A DNA stretch of 64,000 nt from the human T2T-CHM13v2.0 reference genome, Homo sapiens (GCA_009914755.4 CP068257.2:40192001-40256000), one strand, 5' to 3'; counted from the first letter of the stretch, positions 31,101 to 47,934 are shown. Made by a program: numbers and translations. Notes: a model not told the origin generated them from the sequence alone.

Positions 31101-33780
31101 AGGTGGCTCCACTAGTCCTGCCGCCCCGTGGAAGGCAATGGTGCTGCCAAGAGCTTCAGCTTTCTCCCTCACAAGCCCCTCGTGACCATGGAAAGAGAAC
31201 CTACTTCAGGCCACTCCCCAGCTGTCCCGGACAACTCTGCCAAGCCGAGGGTGGCTTCTCCCGCAGCCACCCACTCACTGCCAGTTCAGGAACCCACAGG
31301 GGCACTGGGTCCCAACAATGCTTCTCCCTCCAATAACCCTGCGCCGAGGGGATCTAGGTTTATGTCTGAATAAATGAGCCACTGAGAACAGCTGCCTACT
31401 GGGGTCTGACGAAGGGAGAGGGGTGCAGGGCACCTGGGGATGGAGAGGGGATTATTGGGGGAGGCTGGTGGGCCGCATTTTGCCTGAGGGCCTGGACGTG
31501 AGCCTTTGCTATTCCGTAGCACAGTACTTATGGTCAGACACAGCACAAGGAACACGAAGATGAGTTACACCAGCACCTGGTCACACCACAAGGGACAGGC
31601 ACCACAACAGGTCCCATGGAGGGAGCTTCAGAAAAACCCACAAGACTGTAACATTTTAAAACTGCCCCCCACACCCCTCTCCAGGGTGTGCTATGAGTCC
31701 TCGAGAGAGGGTGACACAAAGGCAACAGTGACCCATCCCTCTGTGCCCCGCTGGGGACCCCCACTGCTTGGGCCTCCAGTGCCACCCACCACTGGGAATG
31801 GGGAAGGCGTGACTCCCACATTCTTGGTTTAATTCTTGGTACAAATTCTTGGTTTAATTGTCTAAGGAAGATACACATTCTCTTAACTTCAATACTATAA
31901 ATAAGTATAAGAGCATGCAAATCATATATTATGCAAACAAGCTCCATTTCAAGGTTTTTATCCTTTCTGTTCAGTCTAAAACGGGTAACCTTTGAAACTA
32001 GAACATCTCAGGGGAAGAGGTGGTGCGATGCAGGTCCCTGGCGCTCTGCGGGTTCTAGGTGACTAACAAAGGCCAGCACCTGGCCTAACAGCACCTCTGG
32101 CTGACAGGAAGCTGCTGCTGCCTTAGCCGCTTCTAGTACTTTGTTTTATTTGGGTCCAGAGAAATAGTTGAAAATATCAGAGGGCAATGCCTCTTCCTCA
32201 ACCTTGAGTCTGCCTCACCAGAGCGCCTTAGCTGGTAGCATCACTCTTGGGAACCCCGAAACCCTCGCCTGCTACACTCCTGCAGGACTGCGGGGACCCC
32301 AAGGGGAGGTTCGCAAACAAGATGAAGGTTCATCTGTCTGGCCGGGGCTGCGTTAAGTGGAAGTCTTCAGGGGACTGTGCCCCAGGTTTCTTGGGAATTC
32401 TTGTGATAGGAGGGCTTAAAATGCAGGAGGTGCGGCACACTGGAAATTCATCCAGAAGCTTCTGGAGGCCACCTCATGCCAGACATGGATCCTTCAGAGC
32501 TGCTAAAGCTTAGGCAAAACATGACTCATTCCTGCCCCTCAGAACAGTCCAACCCCAGGAAGAAGGCATCAGGGAGGAAGAACCAACCCTGGTTTCAAAT
32601 AGGAGCCCTCAGAGTAGAACTAGCCAACCCCACCAAGGGCCCCCTGCGCCCAGCAGCTACCGCAAGGGAGCAGGGCCTCTCACATGGCCCATGTGCGGCA
32701 GCCCTGGTCAGAGCCCCTGGGAGTCCGCTGCTGCAGGTGCCCTGTTCTCAACACAGGGGCGGGTGGCACCTTAACAAGAACAACACAGAGATGCAAGTGA
32801 CAGACACAGAGCAGGCGGACAAGGACGGGGTGGGCGTCGAAGGCTAACCTGGTAGGTCTCTAAGCCGACTGCCGCCGGGCCCCCCCTCTCCAGGGTGTGC
32901 TATGAGTCCTAGAGAGAGGGGGACACAAAGGCAACAGTGACTCACCCCTCTGTGCCCCGCTGGGGACCCCCACTGCTTGGGCCTCCAGTGCCACCCACCA
33001 CTGGGAATGGGGAAGGCGTGACTCCCACATCCCAGAGGGTGCACGTCATCACTGCAGAATACAGGGGCGTCCTCGGGTCACGTGGAGAAGCGCAGCCGGC
33101 AGGACGGCCTTGGCTTTCCTTTGGTCTGTTTACTTGCCAGCAGCAAATTCGGCCAGAGAGACAGGGGCCTCAGACGCCCCCCAGGCCCGAAGAGGCCACC
33201 TCTCCACTACAGGCTGGTCCAGGCACACCCGGCTTCAGGCCTCACACAAGGAAAATGCTTTATTTTTGGAAGCTGGTGCACACAAGCAGGCTCAGAACAA
33301 AAAGAATGCGTGCAGGGGCAACCCCGTTCCACCCTGGACGCCGCAGGAGATATGGATGGAGGAGGGCTCGCGGTTAGGAACAACCTTTGCAAGCAAGCGA
33401 GGAGCGCTCACACTCCTCCAGCCATTATCCTGATCTTTTCCTTTCTTCCTCAGACGGCCCTAGAAAACATTGGACACTGCTGCTCCCTGTTTTTAGCCAG
33501 AACGGCCCCCGGCTTTACAATGCTCTCAGTGTGGGGCCATACGCAGCTCGGCTGACAAATGCAGGAAGAAAATCAATCCCTTTTTACTGGAAAGTTTCCA
33601 TCTGTGTATCTTTAGGGTAACAACTGCTTTGAAGCAAAATGGACAGAGGGAAATGTTAAAAGTGAGGCTGTCTATTCATGAAAACAATCTTTACTTTGGC
33701 CTAAAGTTCCACGGTCTCCGCGGCGTATCTAGAATCCGTACCGCACAGCGGCCGAGGGGAGACGTGACCGGCGCCCTCAC

Positions 33781-33868
33781 CTGTCCTGCAGTTGTGGAAC
33801 TCCAGCGCGCTCTCGATGCGGAAGGTCTTCTCACAAGTGCCGCAGCGGTACCTGTACTCGCCGTCCAC
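33781..33868 (-). CDS. PRDM15: PRDM15 coding exon, 88 nt, C2H2 finger ([29 protein letters not shown])
   Basis: Hand translation of the minus strand. Acceptor ctctgaccag|GTGGACGG and donor AGGACAG|gtgagggcg. Confidence 0.85.
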
Positions 33869-34159
33869 CTGGTCAGAGGGACACGCCGTGAGTGAGATGG
33901 CCCAGCGCAGAGTCCACAGATGCCGAGCCCCCGACGTGCTGCCCGGGCGACTCCACGCCTGGGTCTGTTATGACTCTGACCTCCACCACCCTCCCGCTCT
34001 ATTTAGGAACACAAAGGATGTTTGCTCTTGCTGTTCACCTGCCCTAGAAAGGGAACTCCACACTCAGGGAGCCCCACTCCAAGCACCAAACACCCCTATT
34101 CTCCTGACTCTTCCTGCTGCGCTTGTGGGCATCTGACCAGGACGAGGGGCTGACAGGTG

Positions 34160-34460
34160 GCCCAGGGACGCCAGGACACCCACAGCCCTCACCTGCTCTC
34201 ATCCCTCCTGGGACTCTCTTCTCAGGGACGCTTGGACACCCACAGCCCTCACCCGCTCTCATCCCTCCTGGGACTCTCCCTTCTCAGGGACACCTGGGCA
34301 CCCACAGCCCTCGCCCACTCTCCTCCCTCCCCCACAGGGTTTGGCCGCTCTCCTCCCTCCCCCACAGGCCTCGCCCGCTCTCCTCCCTCCCCCACAGGCC
34401 TCGCCCGCTCTCCTCCCTCCCCCACAGCCCCCGCCCACTCTCCTCCCTCCTGGGATTCTT
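34160..34460. repeat. Tandem repeats (60-bp unit x3, then 30-bp unit CTCGCCCGCTCTCCTCCCTCCCCCACAGGC x4-5)
   Basis: Visual periodicity, in the intron adjacent to exon 34547-34641. Confidence 0.9.
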
Positions 34461-34471
34461 TCTTCTCATTA

Positions 34472-34669
<198 letters not shown>

Positions 34670-34788
34670 TCACTACTTAGAGCATTTACCGAGAGAAGCA
34701 TGCCCACCGGGGAAATGCCCCACAAGCCGCCTCGCTCCCACCATGCGAAGGAGCTGCAGAGAAGATCGCCCACAAATGCAGCCTCTCA

Positions 34789-35349
<561 letters not shown>

Positions 35350-36348
35350 TCAATTTGTGCCTCAATTAGAATAACCACACCTGTTTTCTGCTCCTGTCAC
35401 TCTGTCTTAACTCTTCTCTGTTTTACATATTATCTGAACCTGATTTTCAAAACTTCTTTTCCCTGTTAAATGTATTTTTGATGGTAAGCCACCTGAACTC
35501 TTCTGGGCAATAAGACAAAGTATAAATAAATAAACAGGTAACATCATTTCTGATATTACTTTTGCCAACTATAAGAGGTGATCCGAAAAGGGCCAAAAAG
35601 AAGTGACCACCAACTTACTCAACTCCATGGTAAAAATGACCCAAGAATCGTAACTAAAACACAGGGCAAGCTGTTATATTTACTGAAATTCAAATAGCAA
35701 AGTATTTTACCACAGCAGCGTCACGAAAGCTAGAAGCAACCCAACTGTCCATCAATGGATGCATGGAAACACAAAATATGGGGCATATGCATGATGGTAT
35801 ATTACTCAGTGTTGAAGGAAATTCTGACACAGGCTACACATGGATGAGCCGGGGTAGAATAAGCCAGTCACATAAGGACAAATCCTGTCTGATTCCACTT
35901 ATAAGACATCTCTAGAGTCATCAAATCCACAGAGACAGAAAGTAGAATGGTGGGTGCCAGGGGCTGGGGGAGGGGGCTGGAGCGGGTGCTTAGTGCGGAC
36001 AGCGTTTCAGCTTGGGAAGACGGGAAAGTTCCACAGATGGATGGGGGAGATGATTGCCCAACAGTGTGAACATCCTGAATGCCACTAAATTGTGCACTTA
36101 AACATGGTTAAAATGGTTAAATTTATGCATATTTAACCAAAATAAAGCATTTTTCTAAAGCTGTTTTCACAGTGGATGCACCATTAAACTCCTGAGCTCC
36201 AGAACATTCCTGCTGCCTCCTCAGCAGGTCTGTTTCCATCTCCTTCCCTGGGGCTTTCCTGCTGGGAAGGTGCCTTCCCTCCAGAATGGCCTGGCTGCTG
36301 CCAGCACTGTCTGTCCACAGGACGGCCCCAGGTGCCAGGCAGGACTTA

Positions 36349-36606
<258 letters not shown>

Positions 36607-37913
36607 TTACAGAGGGGAAAAAAAAAACTGTCAATATTTTGGGATCCACACATTTACTAATACAAACAGAAAAGCAAAATGTTTTTCTTAGCCTAAACTG
36701 AAGTTATAATTTGTTATTCTTTTTAAAAACCACAACATCATAACATTACTTCAATCCCTCTTCATACCAACCAAAAACATTTTGGATATATAGCAGAAAC
36801 TTCGAACTTACTACATCAATTCTGACAGAGTTTTAGAAATGTTAATGTTTCTAATTAAATGTGCCAACATTAGTAAAACCATTTTAGCTAACCATTTTGT
36901 ATAAGAGTTAAAGATCACATCATCGCCAATACTGGAGACCCTGGCCAGAAACCCAAGATAAATGAAATAGGGGAAGATTACACAAAAAAATTCAACCACT
37001 GGTTTCTACCACTTTGCCTACTAAATGTCTTCTCAACACAAGTAAGAATTAGTGAAATATCTACCTGACACGCTTTCCCCCGCCCCCATCTTCTCTGCCT
37101 ATTCACAGAGACCTGGGGAAACTGGCCAGGGGGCTTTCAGGCGCTCCTAAATCAGCGCCCAACAGTGCACAGCCTAGAAGCTGCAGACCCACAGCAGAAA
37201 AGGGGAGGCTCAGAATATTCCACAATGGCTGCTCTTCCCAATTGTCTCTAATTAATAGAAGCAATAAGGACTCCTTTTCACTCTCATAAAAGAAATCCTG
37301 GTGTATCCCAGACAGTAAAAAGAAAAACTGCCCAGTGTCAGTAACAAATGTGAAGGGGCCAGTGGCTGAGCATCAGATCTCATCCTCACTGTGAGGCCCA
37401 CGAGGCGTGTGCTGCAGGTGGCTTGGATGGGGGCTGTGTGAGGACCACAGGGACAAGAGCCTTACAGAGACCACACACCCTGGAAGAGGGTCAAATGCCT
37501 CTTCAAACCCAACTGAGGATACTGCACAATCAAAGGATGAGCCCTAGACAGGTCCTGGGAGCAACTCAGTGCCCACCCACAGGTGATGGACCAAGCACTG
37601 TTCAGCAATCCAGGAGAAGGAGCCACAGATAAACCACGTGGGCGGGTCTCGAGGCTGTAAGCTGCCTGAAGGAGGCAGACAGAGTCCATTCGTGAGAAAT
37701 TCCAGGATGGGTGGAATGAACTCGTACAGAAGACAGTCAGGAAAGTGGCTAACGAGACAGAAATGTCCTCTACCCTGACGGGGGTGCTGATTTCACAGCT
37801 GTATCCATTTGTCAAAATTCACACCCTGTATCCTTTTTAGTGTGACATGTATTACATGGAAATTGTACTTTACTAGAGTTGATTGAGAGAAAAACAGACG
37901 GGCTTAGAGTCTA

Positions 37914-38300
<387 letters not shown>

Positions 38301-38578
38301 TTAGGAAGCCTGCCACCGTCCACACCCACCCTGGCCTCTGGTTCCTATGTGTGTGTGTTTTCAATCTTGTTTGCCAACCTTTGTATAGGCAAGTGAACTT
38401 TATTTCTACTGTTTTATTTCCTCTGCATCAAACACAACTGCTATTTTGAAAAGTAAATTAAGTGGTAAAAGCAAGGGTAGGTTCACCATGAGGGCAGTTT
38501 AGTGAAAAAAGCAGACATACACACACACATATGTCTGCAAAGCAAAAACCTGAGAAGGAGATATCAAAATATGAATGT

Positions 38579-38936
<358 letters not shown>

Positions 38937-40905
38937 CTATGTAACAATCCAGAGTGCATGGAAGGACCACTGTAGGGGCAGGGGAGAAAAGAAGATTCCT
39001 TGCTAAAGAGCTTACCAAAACAACAACAACAAAAGCAAGAAAAGTCCCAAGAAAACTAAAAAATTAAGCAATAAGCCATCAGGGCGTCAGCAGACACATA
39101 CACACAAACTCAAGAAGAATGGAATTCCTAGATAATAACACAAGCTGAGAGGAGAAAACTGGGGGAAAATACATTTAAATGAATAAAGAAGGGTTAAAAA
39201 ACACATATTAAAAAAAAGCAAGGGCATGCTGAAATATAACAAGCGGTTATGAAAAATAACCAAATAAAACTTATATAAAATAAAAAGGAGGCCCAAAATA
39301 AAAACACAATGTGTCGTATTAAACAAAAAATTAGACACAACTGAAGAGAGAACTCATAAAGTAAAATGAAGAGCTGCAAAGATTACCCAGAATGTAGAAA
39401 AGAGACAAGGAGCTAGAAAAATATGAGCAGGAGCTAAGAAGACATGAAGTGTAATATAACAAGAAGGTCTAAAACATGTACAATAGGACACAGAGAAAAT
39501 AGGGAAGGAGGGCTAAACAATGAGCAAGATAAGGGTGGGGGATTATCCAGAATGAATGAAAGACATGACTCTTCAGATTCAAGATCTGTAACAGGGAAAA
39601 CAAATAAAAATAAAGACATAAATGATGACTCTGTTATAAATTGCAGAACTCCAAAGACAGAGGAGGTTTCAAAAGCAACCAAGTACAAAGCAGTGATTAC
39701 CTATGAAGGAACAACTGCAGTGACAGCAGACTTACCAAGAATAATAATGGAAGGCATAAAGTAGCATAACAACATCCCCAATGTGCAGAAAGAGAATAAG
39801 AATAAACCCAAAATTCAATATCCGGTGAAAACCGTTTCCAGTGCAGATGGTTAAAGAAAGATATTTTGAGACAAAGACTGAAAAGATTGCCCCAGAGGAA
39901 ATTCTGAAAGGCAATAAGAGTGATTTTAGATTGAGGGTCAGAAATATAAAACAAAGGGAACTAAAGTTAAAAAAAAAAGAAAAGCCATACATAAGGAAAT
40001 TAGCAAACATCATTCTAGACAATTACAAATTCAAACAGGAAAAACAGAGCAAATTAGAAAATACTTAGAACTAAAATATGGGAGGAAGAGAGCCCACACA
40101 TCAAAGAGATGTATATATACTCTACTTGTTAGATGCGGCATTGTAAATATACTTATTAAATCAATTGTGTTAACTGTGTGCTTCAAATCTGTATCCCTGT
40201 GATTTTTTAGTCTGATTTATAAATTAAGATGTATGTATTAAAAGCTCCCACTACAGAGGCAGATTTTTCTATTTCTCCTCGTAGATCTGCCAATTTTTGC
40301 TTATTATTAGACTATGTTATTAAGTGCATATAAACTCAGATGCACTGTATCATCAAAATGTGGAATGCAGCTAACATGGTTCTTAAGAAAAAATCATCTG
40401 AAATGCTTACATGAGAAAATAAAACAGCTGGAAAGTAATGAGTTAAGCATCCAACTTGTTAGAAAGGCACAGAATGAAAAGTATAAAAAGCAAATAATAA
40501 ATAAGAGCAGAAATAAAGTAAATATACAATAAAAAGGATCAACAAAGCCAAAAGTGGGTGCTTTGAAAAGACTAATGATATTGATAAGTCTGGCAAGAAA
40601 AAATAGAGAATGCAGAAATAACCAGTCCTAGCTGCAAAAGAGAAAACAGCAGCTCTCTGTAACCACTCGTCCCCACCTATTATCGCCTTTCCATTTTTTA
40701 GTATTAGATAGCATCTATTATTTAACATGGAGGAGAAGGATTTAGCTTTCTTATAGACTATACTCTCCCTCCCAAATGCTTATCTTCTCCACAATCTCAC
40801 CAACATATTTATATCACTATTTTGGGGTAAATCAATAATCAGTGTATTCATAATTATGACCATAAAAATGTATTCACAACTGCACCAATATATGTTTATG
40901 ATTCT

Positions 40906-41203
40906 TTTTTTGTTTGTTTGTTTTTGAGACGGAGTCTCGCTCTGTTGCCAGGCTGGAGTGCAGTGTGCGATCTCGGCTCACTATAACCTCCGCCTCCCAG
41001 GTTCAAGCGATTCTCCTGCCCCAGCCTCCTGAGTAGCTGGGACTACAAGCGTGCACCACCGTGCCCAGCTAATTTTTGTATTTTTAGTAGAGACAGGGTT
41101 TCACCATGTTGGCCAGGATGGTCTTGATCTCTTGACCTCGTGATCTGCCTGCCTCGGCCTCCCAAAGTGTTGGGATTACAGCCATGAGCCACTACGCCTG
41201 GCC
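40906..41203 (-). mobile_element. Alu SINE (first of a tandem pair)
   Basis: Reverse Alu consensus. Confidence 0.9.
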
Positions 41204-41498
41204 TTTTTTTTTTTTTTGAGACGGAGTCTCACTCTGTCGCCCAGGATGGGTGCAGTGGTGCAATCTCGGCTCACTACAACCCTTGCTTCCCAGGTTCAAG
41301 ACATTCTCCTGTCTCAGCCTCCCAGGTATCTGGGACTACAGGCATGCACCACCACACCTGGCTAATTTTTGTATTTTTAGTAGAGATGCGGTTTCACCAT
41401 GATGGCCAGGCTGGTCTCAAACTCCTGACCTCAGGTGATCCACCTGCCTCAGCCTCCCAAAGTGCTGCCATTACAGGTGTGAGCCACCGTGTCTGGCC
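41204..41498 (-). mobile_element. Alu SINE (second of a tandem pair), followed by (TTTG)n at 41500-41556
   Basis: Reverse Alu consensus. Confidence 0.9.
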
Positions 41499-42179
41499 TG
41501 ATTTTTTTGTTTTTTTGTTTGTTTTTTTGTTTGTTTGTTTGTTTTAAGTATATCTATAACCTTTGTTTTCTCTGGAGTTAATTAATGCCTTACTTTTTAT
41601 TAATAACATTTGCTTATTTTTTTCCTGTGTTTATATTACTAATTGAGACTTAAACTCTGCCAGAAGTATAACTCTTTCCTCTACAAACACATCAGTTAAT
41701 GCTCGATTTCTTTTCCTTTTTGGGCCATTCTTCCTGGAGCCCTTGCTGCTGCTCCAATCTGGACCAGTTATCTATCCTTGAACTAGGGAACGTCTCTTGT
41801 CCTACAATCTCCTTCGACAGCAACCTGGGCATTCCCTTTGCTCCTTTCCCTCAAAGGATCCTCTATTGTATCCTACACGCAGAGGACATGTGCCATCTTT
41901 TCTGGCCATCCAGCACTGTGAAACATCCTTGTGATGTTTCGCCAACTTCTGAGCCCCACCTTTCCCAAAACACTCCTTTCCCAAACTCTCCTGCCCTGAA
42001 TGCAGGTTTGTGCCATAGCTCTGTGAGCAATGTGAGGCTGCAGGGGGCCTGAGAACACATTTTCTGGCATGGTGAAGGCATTGGGCTTTCAGAGACAGCA
42101 CAAGTTTGGCCCTGAGGCCACCGTCAGTATGGGTGGCAATGTCCCTGCCATGTGGGCCTGTCTGGGACAGCCTTGTTAT

Positions 42180-42400
42180 GGAATCCTGAGCAACAGAGCA
42201 AGACCCTGTCTGTACAATTAGACCTGTTGACATTCACCTGTAGTTCCAGCTACTTGGGAGGTCAAAATGAGAGGATCATTTGAGCCCATGAGTTTGAGGC
42301 TGCAATGAGCTAAGATCACACCATCGCATTCCTGCCTGGGTGACAGGGCAAGACCTTGTATTGTTAAAAAAAAAAAAAAAAAAAAGAAAGAAAGAAAGTT
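42180..42400 (+). mobile_element. Alu fragments (3' monomer) with poly-A/(GAAA)n tail
   Basis: ...CCAGCTACTTGGGAGG...GAGGCTGCAATGAGCTAAGATCACACCATCGCATTCCTGCCTGGGTGACAGGGCAAGACC... Confidence 0.6.
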
Positions 42401-42789
42401 TAAATTCAGAGCACTGGTGGTTTGGTTTGGAAGTTACCCAACTTGAAAGAAGAAGCAAAAATCTGTCAAATTTGATTCTAAAACTACAAAACCTCTTCAA
42501 TAGCCCTTCCAACACTTCCTACACCAACTCACAAAAGGCAGCTTCACATCCCTTGAGATCAGAGAGGAAATGAGACAAATGGACACCGTTTGCCTCATTA
42601 GAACAGCAGCACTGAAAGAGCCAAGTGAAGTCCCTTCTCTGAAGGCTTGTGCAGAACCCGTCTGTCATGTGGCTCTGGGACAGCGCTCAGTGCCAGTCCA
42701 CTGAGGATATCCAAAGTGGCATGTGGCACCTCCGCCCTCAAGAGAACACACAACCCCTCAGCCCAAAAAAGAGAAACACAGTCCCTCCT

Positions 42790-42824
42790 ATCTCAGGGAG
42801 GTGACACAGCCCCTCCCCCCTCAC

Positions 42825-42870
<46 letters not shown>

Positions 42871-42945
42871 CCCCTCCCCCCTCACAGGGACACACACACA
42901 GTCCCTCCCCCCTCACAGGGACACACACAGCCCCTCCCCCCTCAC

Positions 42946-42978
<33 letters not shown>

Positions 42979-43111
42979 GCCCCTCCCCCCTCACAGGGAC
43001 ACATACAGCCCCTCCCCCTCACAGGGACACACAGCCCCTCCCCCCTCACAGAGACACACATACACAGTCCCTCCCCCCTCACAGGGACACACACAGCCCC
43101 TCCTCCATCAC

Positions 43112-43164
<53 letters not shown>

Positions 43165-43710
43165 CCCTTCCCCCTCACAGGGACACACACAGTCCCTCCC
43201 CCCTCACAGGGACACACACAGCCCCTCCCCCCTCACAGGGACACACAGCCCCTCCCCCTCACAAGGACACACACAGCCCCTCCCCCTCACAGGGACACAC
43301 ACAGCCTCTCCCCCCACACAGGGACACACAGCCCCTCCCCCCTCACAGGGACACACACAGCCCCTCCCCCCTCACAGGGACACACAGCCCCTCCCCCCTC
43401 ACAGGGACACACACAGCCCCTCCCCCCTCGCAGGGACACACAGCCCCTCCCCCTCACAGGGACACACAGCCCCTCCCCCCTCACAGGGACACACACACAC
43501 AGCCCCTCCCCCCTCACAGGGACACACACACACAGCCCCTCCCCCCCTCACAGGGACACACACAGCCCCTCCCCCCTCACAGGGACACACAGCCCCTCCC
43601 CCCTCACAGGGACACACACAGCCCCTCCCCCCTCGCAGGGACACACAGCCCCTCCCCCTCACAGGGACACACAGCCCCTCCCCCTCACAGGGACACACAG
43701 CCCCTCCCCG
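42790..43710. repeat. Minisatellite (CCCCTCCCCCCTCACAGGGACACACACAG unit, ~32-36 bp) with embedded (CA)n runs
   Basis: Visual periodicity. Source of artefact ORFs 42647..43774 and 42723..43874. Confidence 0.95.
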
Positions 43711-44783
43711 TTCACAGGCCGGCCTTTGGGGCTGCTCCTCAGTCTCCTTCCTGGGCTCTGCTTTCCACTTCTAGGCTCCTGAGCCATGGATGTTCCCAAG
43801 AAGCCCCCCAGCGAGAGGCTGCCGCAGAAGGCAGAGCCGTCACCTGGAAGGAATGCTCAGGACCCCTCCGGTAATCTGGGTGGCAGAGGCCGGGCTGCCC
43901 GAGTACCTGGCTCCAGCCCTCAAGGCTGCCGTGCTGTGGGCAGGGACTCCTGCCTCTGTTTACTCATCCCTGAAATGGAGCCACGGTTGTACCTCATGGT
44001 GTTGACTCAAGGAAGTTTCTGGAGGACCTGGCACTGAAGGGTCTTAGTCACCATCAGCCTAATTGTAAGGGGAGCCCGAGTACCACGTCTTACGTAGTTG
44101 ATGACATACAAGTAGAATTTCACTGAAAATATGAAGGAATTTCTTTTTTCTTCACTCAAAACTAGTTATTAAGAAGAAACACAAATGAGCAGCAACGTCT
44201 GTCTGGCTTTGTGGAGGGGACCACCTGGCGCAAGCAGCACCCTCCCACTGTGAAGCACCTACCATGGGTCTCCATGAGGTCCGGGGCGTGCTCTGCACAA
44301 ACACGGCGTTTCTAGAAAACCCAGCTGCCCTGCTCTGCTATTTATGTCTTGGTGACAAACACAAAATACTTCTCACCAAGCAGAGGGCGAAATGACACAT
44401 TCGTAAATTCATTAAAGCCAAGATGAGTAGGATGTCTCAGGAACGTGTGACCAGGTAGCTAAAGTCTGCTGGTGTCAGCACAGTGGCTGTCCCAGTCACT
44501 CCTCACAACTGCACTGCCTGGAACCCCACCAGGCCTGGGGCCTCTGAGCACGTTCCACATGTGACGAATGCCACAAACTGTTTCTACGTGATTCCCCCAT
44601 GGTTTATTTGATGCGAGTCTTTCTTCACTACAGATTAGCCTCCTAAGACTTGTGGAAAAATCAGCTCCCTAAGAGAAATAAACAGAAAGTTCCCAGAGCA
44701 CTGCAGAAGCTGGAAATGTGTTCAATTCTCTCCCGGCCACCTTAAATTGGAATCTCAACCTGAGTAGATAAAAATGTTCTGCA

Positions 44784-45066
44784 GGCTGGGCACGGTGGCT
44801 CACGCCTGTAAACCCAGTACTTTGGGAGGCCGAGGCAGACGGACCGCTTGAGCCCAGCAGACTGAGCCAGCCTGGGTGAAACCCTGTCTCTACAATAAAT
44901 ATACAGAAGTTTGCTGGGCGTGGTGGCACATGTCTGTGGTCCCAGCTACTCAGGAGGCTGAGGTGGGAGGATCGCTTGAGCCTGTCAGGTCAAGGCTGCA
45001 GTGAGCCACGATCATGCCACTGCACTCCAGCCTGGACAACAGAGCCAGACCTTGTCTCAAAAAAAG
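44784..45066 (+). mobile_element. Alu SINE
   Basis: GGCTGGGCACGGTGGCTCACGCCTGTAAACCCAGTACTTTGGGAGGCCGAGGCAG... Confidence 0.9.
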
Positions 45067-45320
45067 AAAACAGTGTCTGTCAGATAAAGAAACAATGGAA
45101 GGGGCTGTCAAGTAGAGACAACAAAGGCAAGAGTGCACAACACATGCCACGGCTGGCTCCTGGCCCCTGGCCCCTGCCAGTGCTCCAGAGTCAAGGCGCC
45201 CAGCTGAAATGCAACTTCCCAACCAGGAGGAGTGAGGAGTGAGGCCTGCAGGGGTCGGGGGTGGGAAGCGGGACTGCCCAGAAGCTTTAAACCCTGAGAA
45301 AGCCTTGGTTCTGGCGACTA

Positions 45321-45596
<276 letters not shown>

Positions 45597-47650
45597 TCAT
45601 ATGTCTCCATGAATCCCGGCGCAGCGGAGGAGGGGTGTGTGCTGAGAGGCGGTGATGACAGTGATGACGGCAGCAGACGGGCCTGTGGTCACTCCACATG
45701 ACAGACACCATTTTCAGAGCTTTACACACATGGCTGATACGGTCGTGTGACTGTCCCCTTTTCACAGATGAGGCAACTGAGCACAGAGACACGCCTGTTG
45801 CAGGGTCACCAGTCACAGAGCTGAGAACTCCTCCAAGAAGCCAGTCCAGAGGGACCAGGCTCATCCCTTATATGACTTCATGAGAAAAGTGCATTCCTCA
45901 AGAACCAAGTGTAATTCCTCATCTCTCACTGGCTCATAGAATAAGAGACAGTGGAACCCAAAACGGCCAGCCAGTGGCGCCCCCGTGTGTGGCTGGGCTG
46001 CTGCTCCCGCCCAGCGCTATCCGGCAGAGCTTTCTGTGGATGACTGACGTGCTCCACAGCTGGTATCCAGCAAGGCAGCCACTAACCAGATGTGGCTCAT
46101 GTTCCAGGAAATAAGTGTTTAATTTTACTAACTTTGAACTTAATTTTAAATAGGCACCTGAGGTAGGGGGCCGCTATCCCAGGAAGCACCTCTATCCCTC
46201 AGTCCATGCCACACAGGAATCTGGGGAGGGAGAGCTAAGCTGGGGGTACATGGCATGCGGTGTAAGCCTGGCTATAAAGAGAACTACAGGCACCTTTTAA
46301 CAAAAAAGTCACTGATGCTCTTGTGCAACCTACAATTGGGAGGCGTTTTAAGTGAGTGTACCATGATCTGGCCCAGGCCAGTTTCTCTACACCTCGTCTG
46401 GCAGCTCTGGGGGCTGGCCCAGGGCAGGACCCCTGCCCATCACTTCGACTCTAATCACGATACAGCCTGCATTGAAGTTCATCACCCACGGCAAACTCCA
46501 GGGGCCACTCACAAAGACAAACTCCTGGGTCTTTAAAAAAATAATCCAGAAGTACAACTGCATATGCATTCAGTACTAGAAAAAAACATGTATCTTTTCA
46601 TATCCAAAACCAGCACTAAGGATGCAATGAATGAAGGAAAAAGATATAGGTTACTGCTATCACCCTGTGCATGTATGTTCTGAGTTTTCATAAGATAACA
46701 AGAAGAAAGAGGCATAAATGCAATATGAAATTTTTTGTCATACTAAAAATAAAGAAAGAGCAGAAAACGGTGTGGGGGGCACCCTGCCAGCAGGGCATTT
46801 TTCTGGGACACCCCATCCCCACCAGCTTCTGCTCCCTTTTACGCTTGCTCTCTGAGAATCCGCTGCTTGAAGAATCCCAAAAGATCAAGGACAAATGGAA
46901 ATCAGAGCCAAATTCCCATTTCCCACTCACCTTCCCAAACATACATGGGTTCCAAAGAGAGAAAAACACTCGCATGTGAGTTTCAGAAAAAGAGGACAAG
47001 GGCCCAGGTTAGCTGGAAGCCACCACTTCTGAATAAGGGGAATTTCTTCGAATCCACGTGGGCCATTGTCTCCAGCAATAAGCCTCCACACCCCCACGAG
47101 TGTGGGTTCTCCTCAACTTGGCGCTCTGCTGCTAGGTAAAGAGGACTAGAAAAACTTGTCATGACGACTGCCCGCTCATCAAGAGAAGCACTCAGGGTTT
47201 TCCGAATAGTAATTGTAAAAGATAAGAATTCTTAAGAAGAAAATATTAGTTAACAGTCAGAAGGCAATTCTTGACTGCCAATCACTTAAATATCCAACAA
47301 AAGAGAAGTGTCCCAGCAAAATCTAACATCATACAGCTTTAAAGTGATGCCAGAGATAGTAACAGTAGGAAAAAGGCCTAAGATGTGGTGAGCCAGACTG
47401 TGCACACAAAGAAAAGTAAGCAGTAAGATGGGAGGTGCAGCTAGAGCTCCGCTATGCAAAAATGCAGAGTTTAAAACAAACAAACAAAAAAGGAACAGCA
47501 AAGCTACAGCACAGCAAACAGCCTGGCATTCCAGTGGGCGCGGCTGACTGCAGGGCCGCACGAGAGAACTTCCTGGGATGAAGTCGAGGTCTGTAACTCA
47601 GCTGTGGTGGTGCTTATACAACTGTAGACACTCAAAAGTCTCTAAACTGG

Positions 47651-47934
<284 letters not shown>

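Noticed and set aside
39000-40700. AT/A-rich segment with Lys/Glu/Asn-rich ORFs (39444..39764, 39841..40068) that might be an ancient LINE ORF
   Set aside because: I could not match it to L1 ORF1/ORF2 motifs by eye. It is low-complexity A-rich sequence and is left unannotated. RepeatMasker would settle it.
42647-43874. 375-aa and 383-aa Pro/His/Thr/Ser-rich ORFs
   Set aside because: Translation of the (CA)n-cored minisatellite. Not genes.
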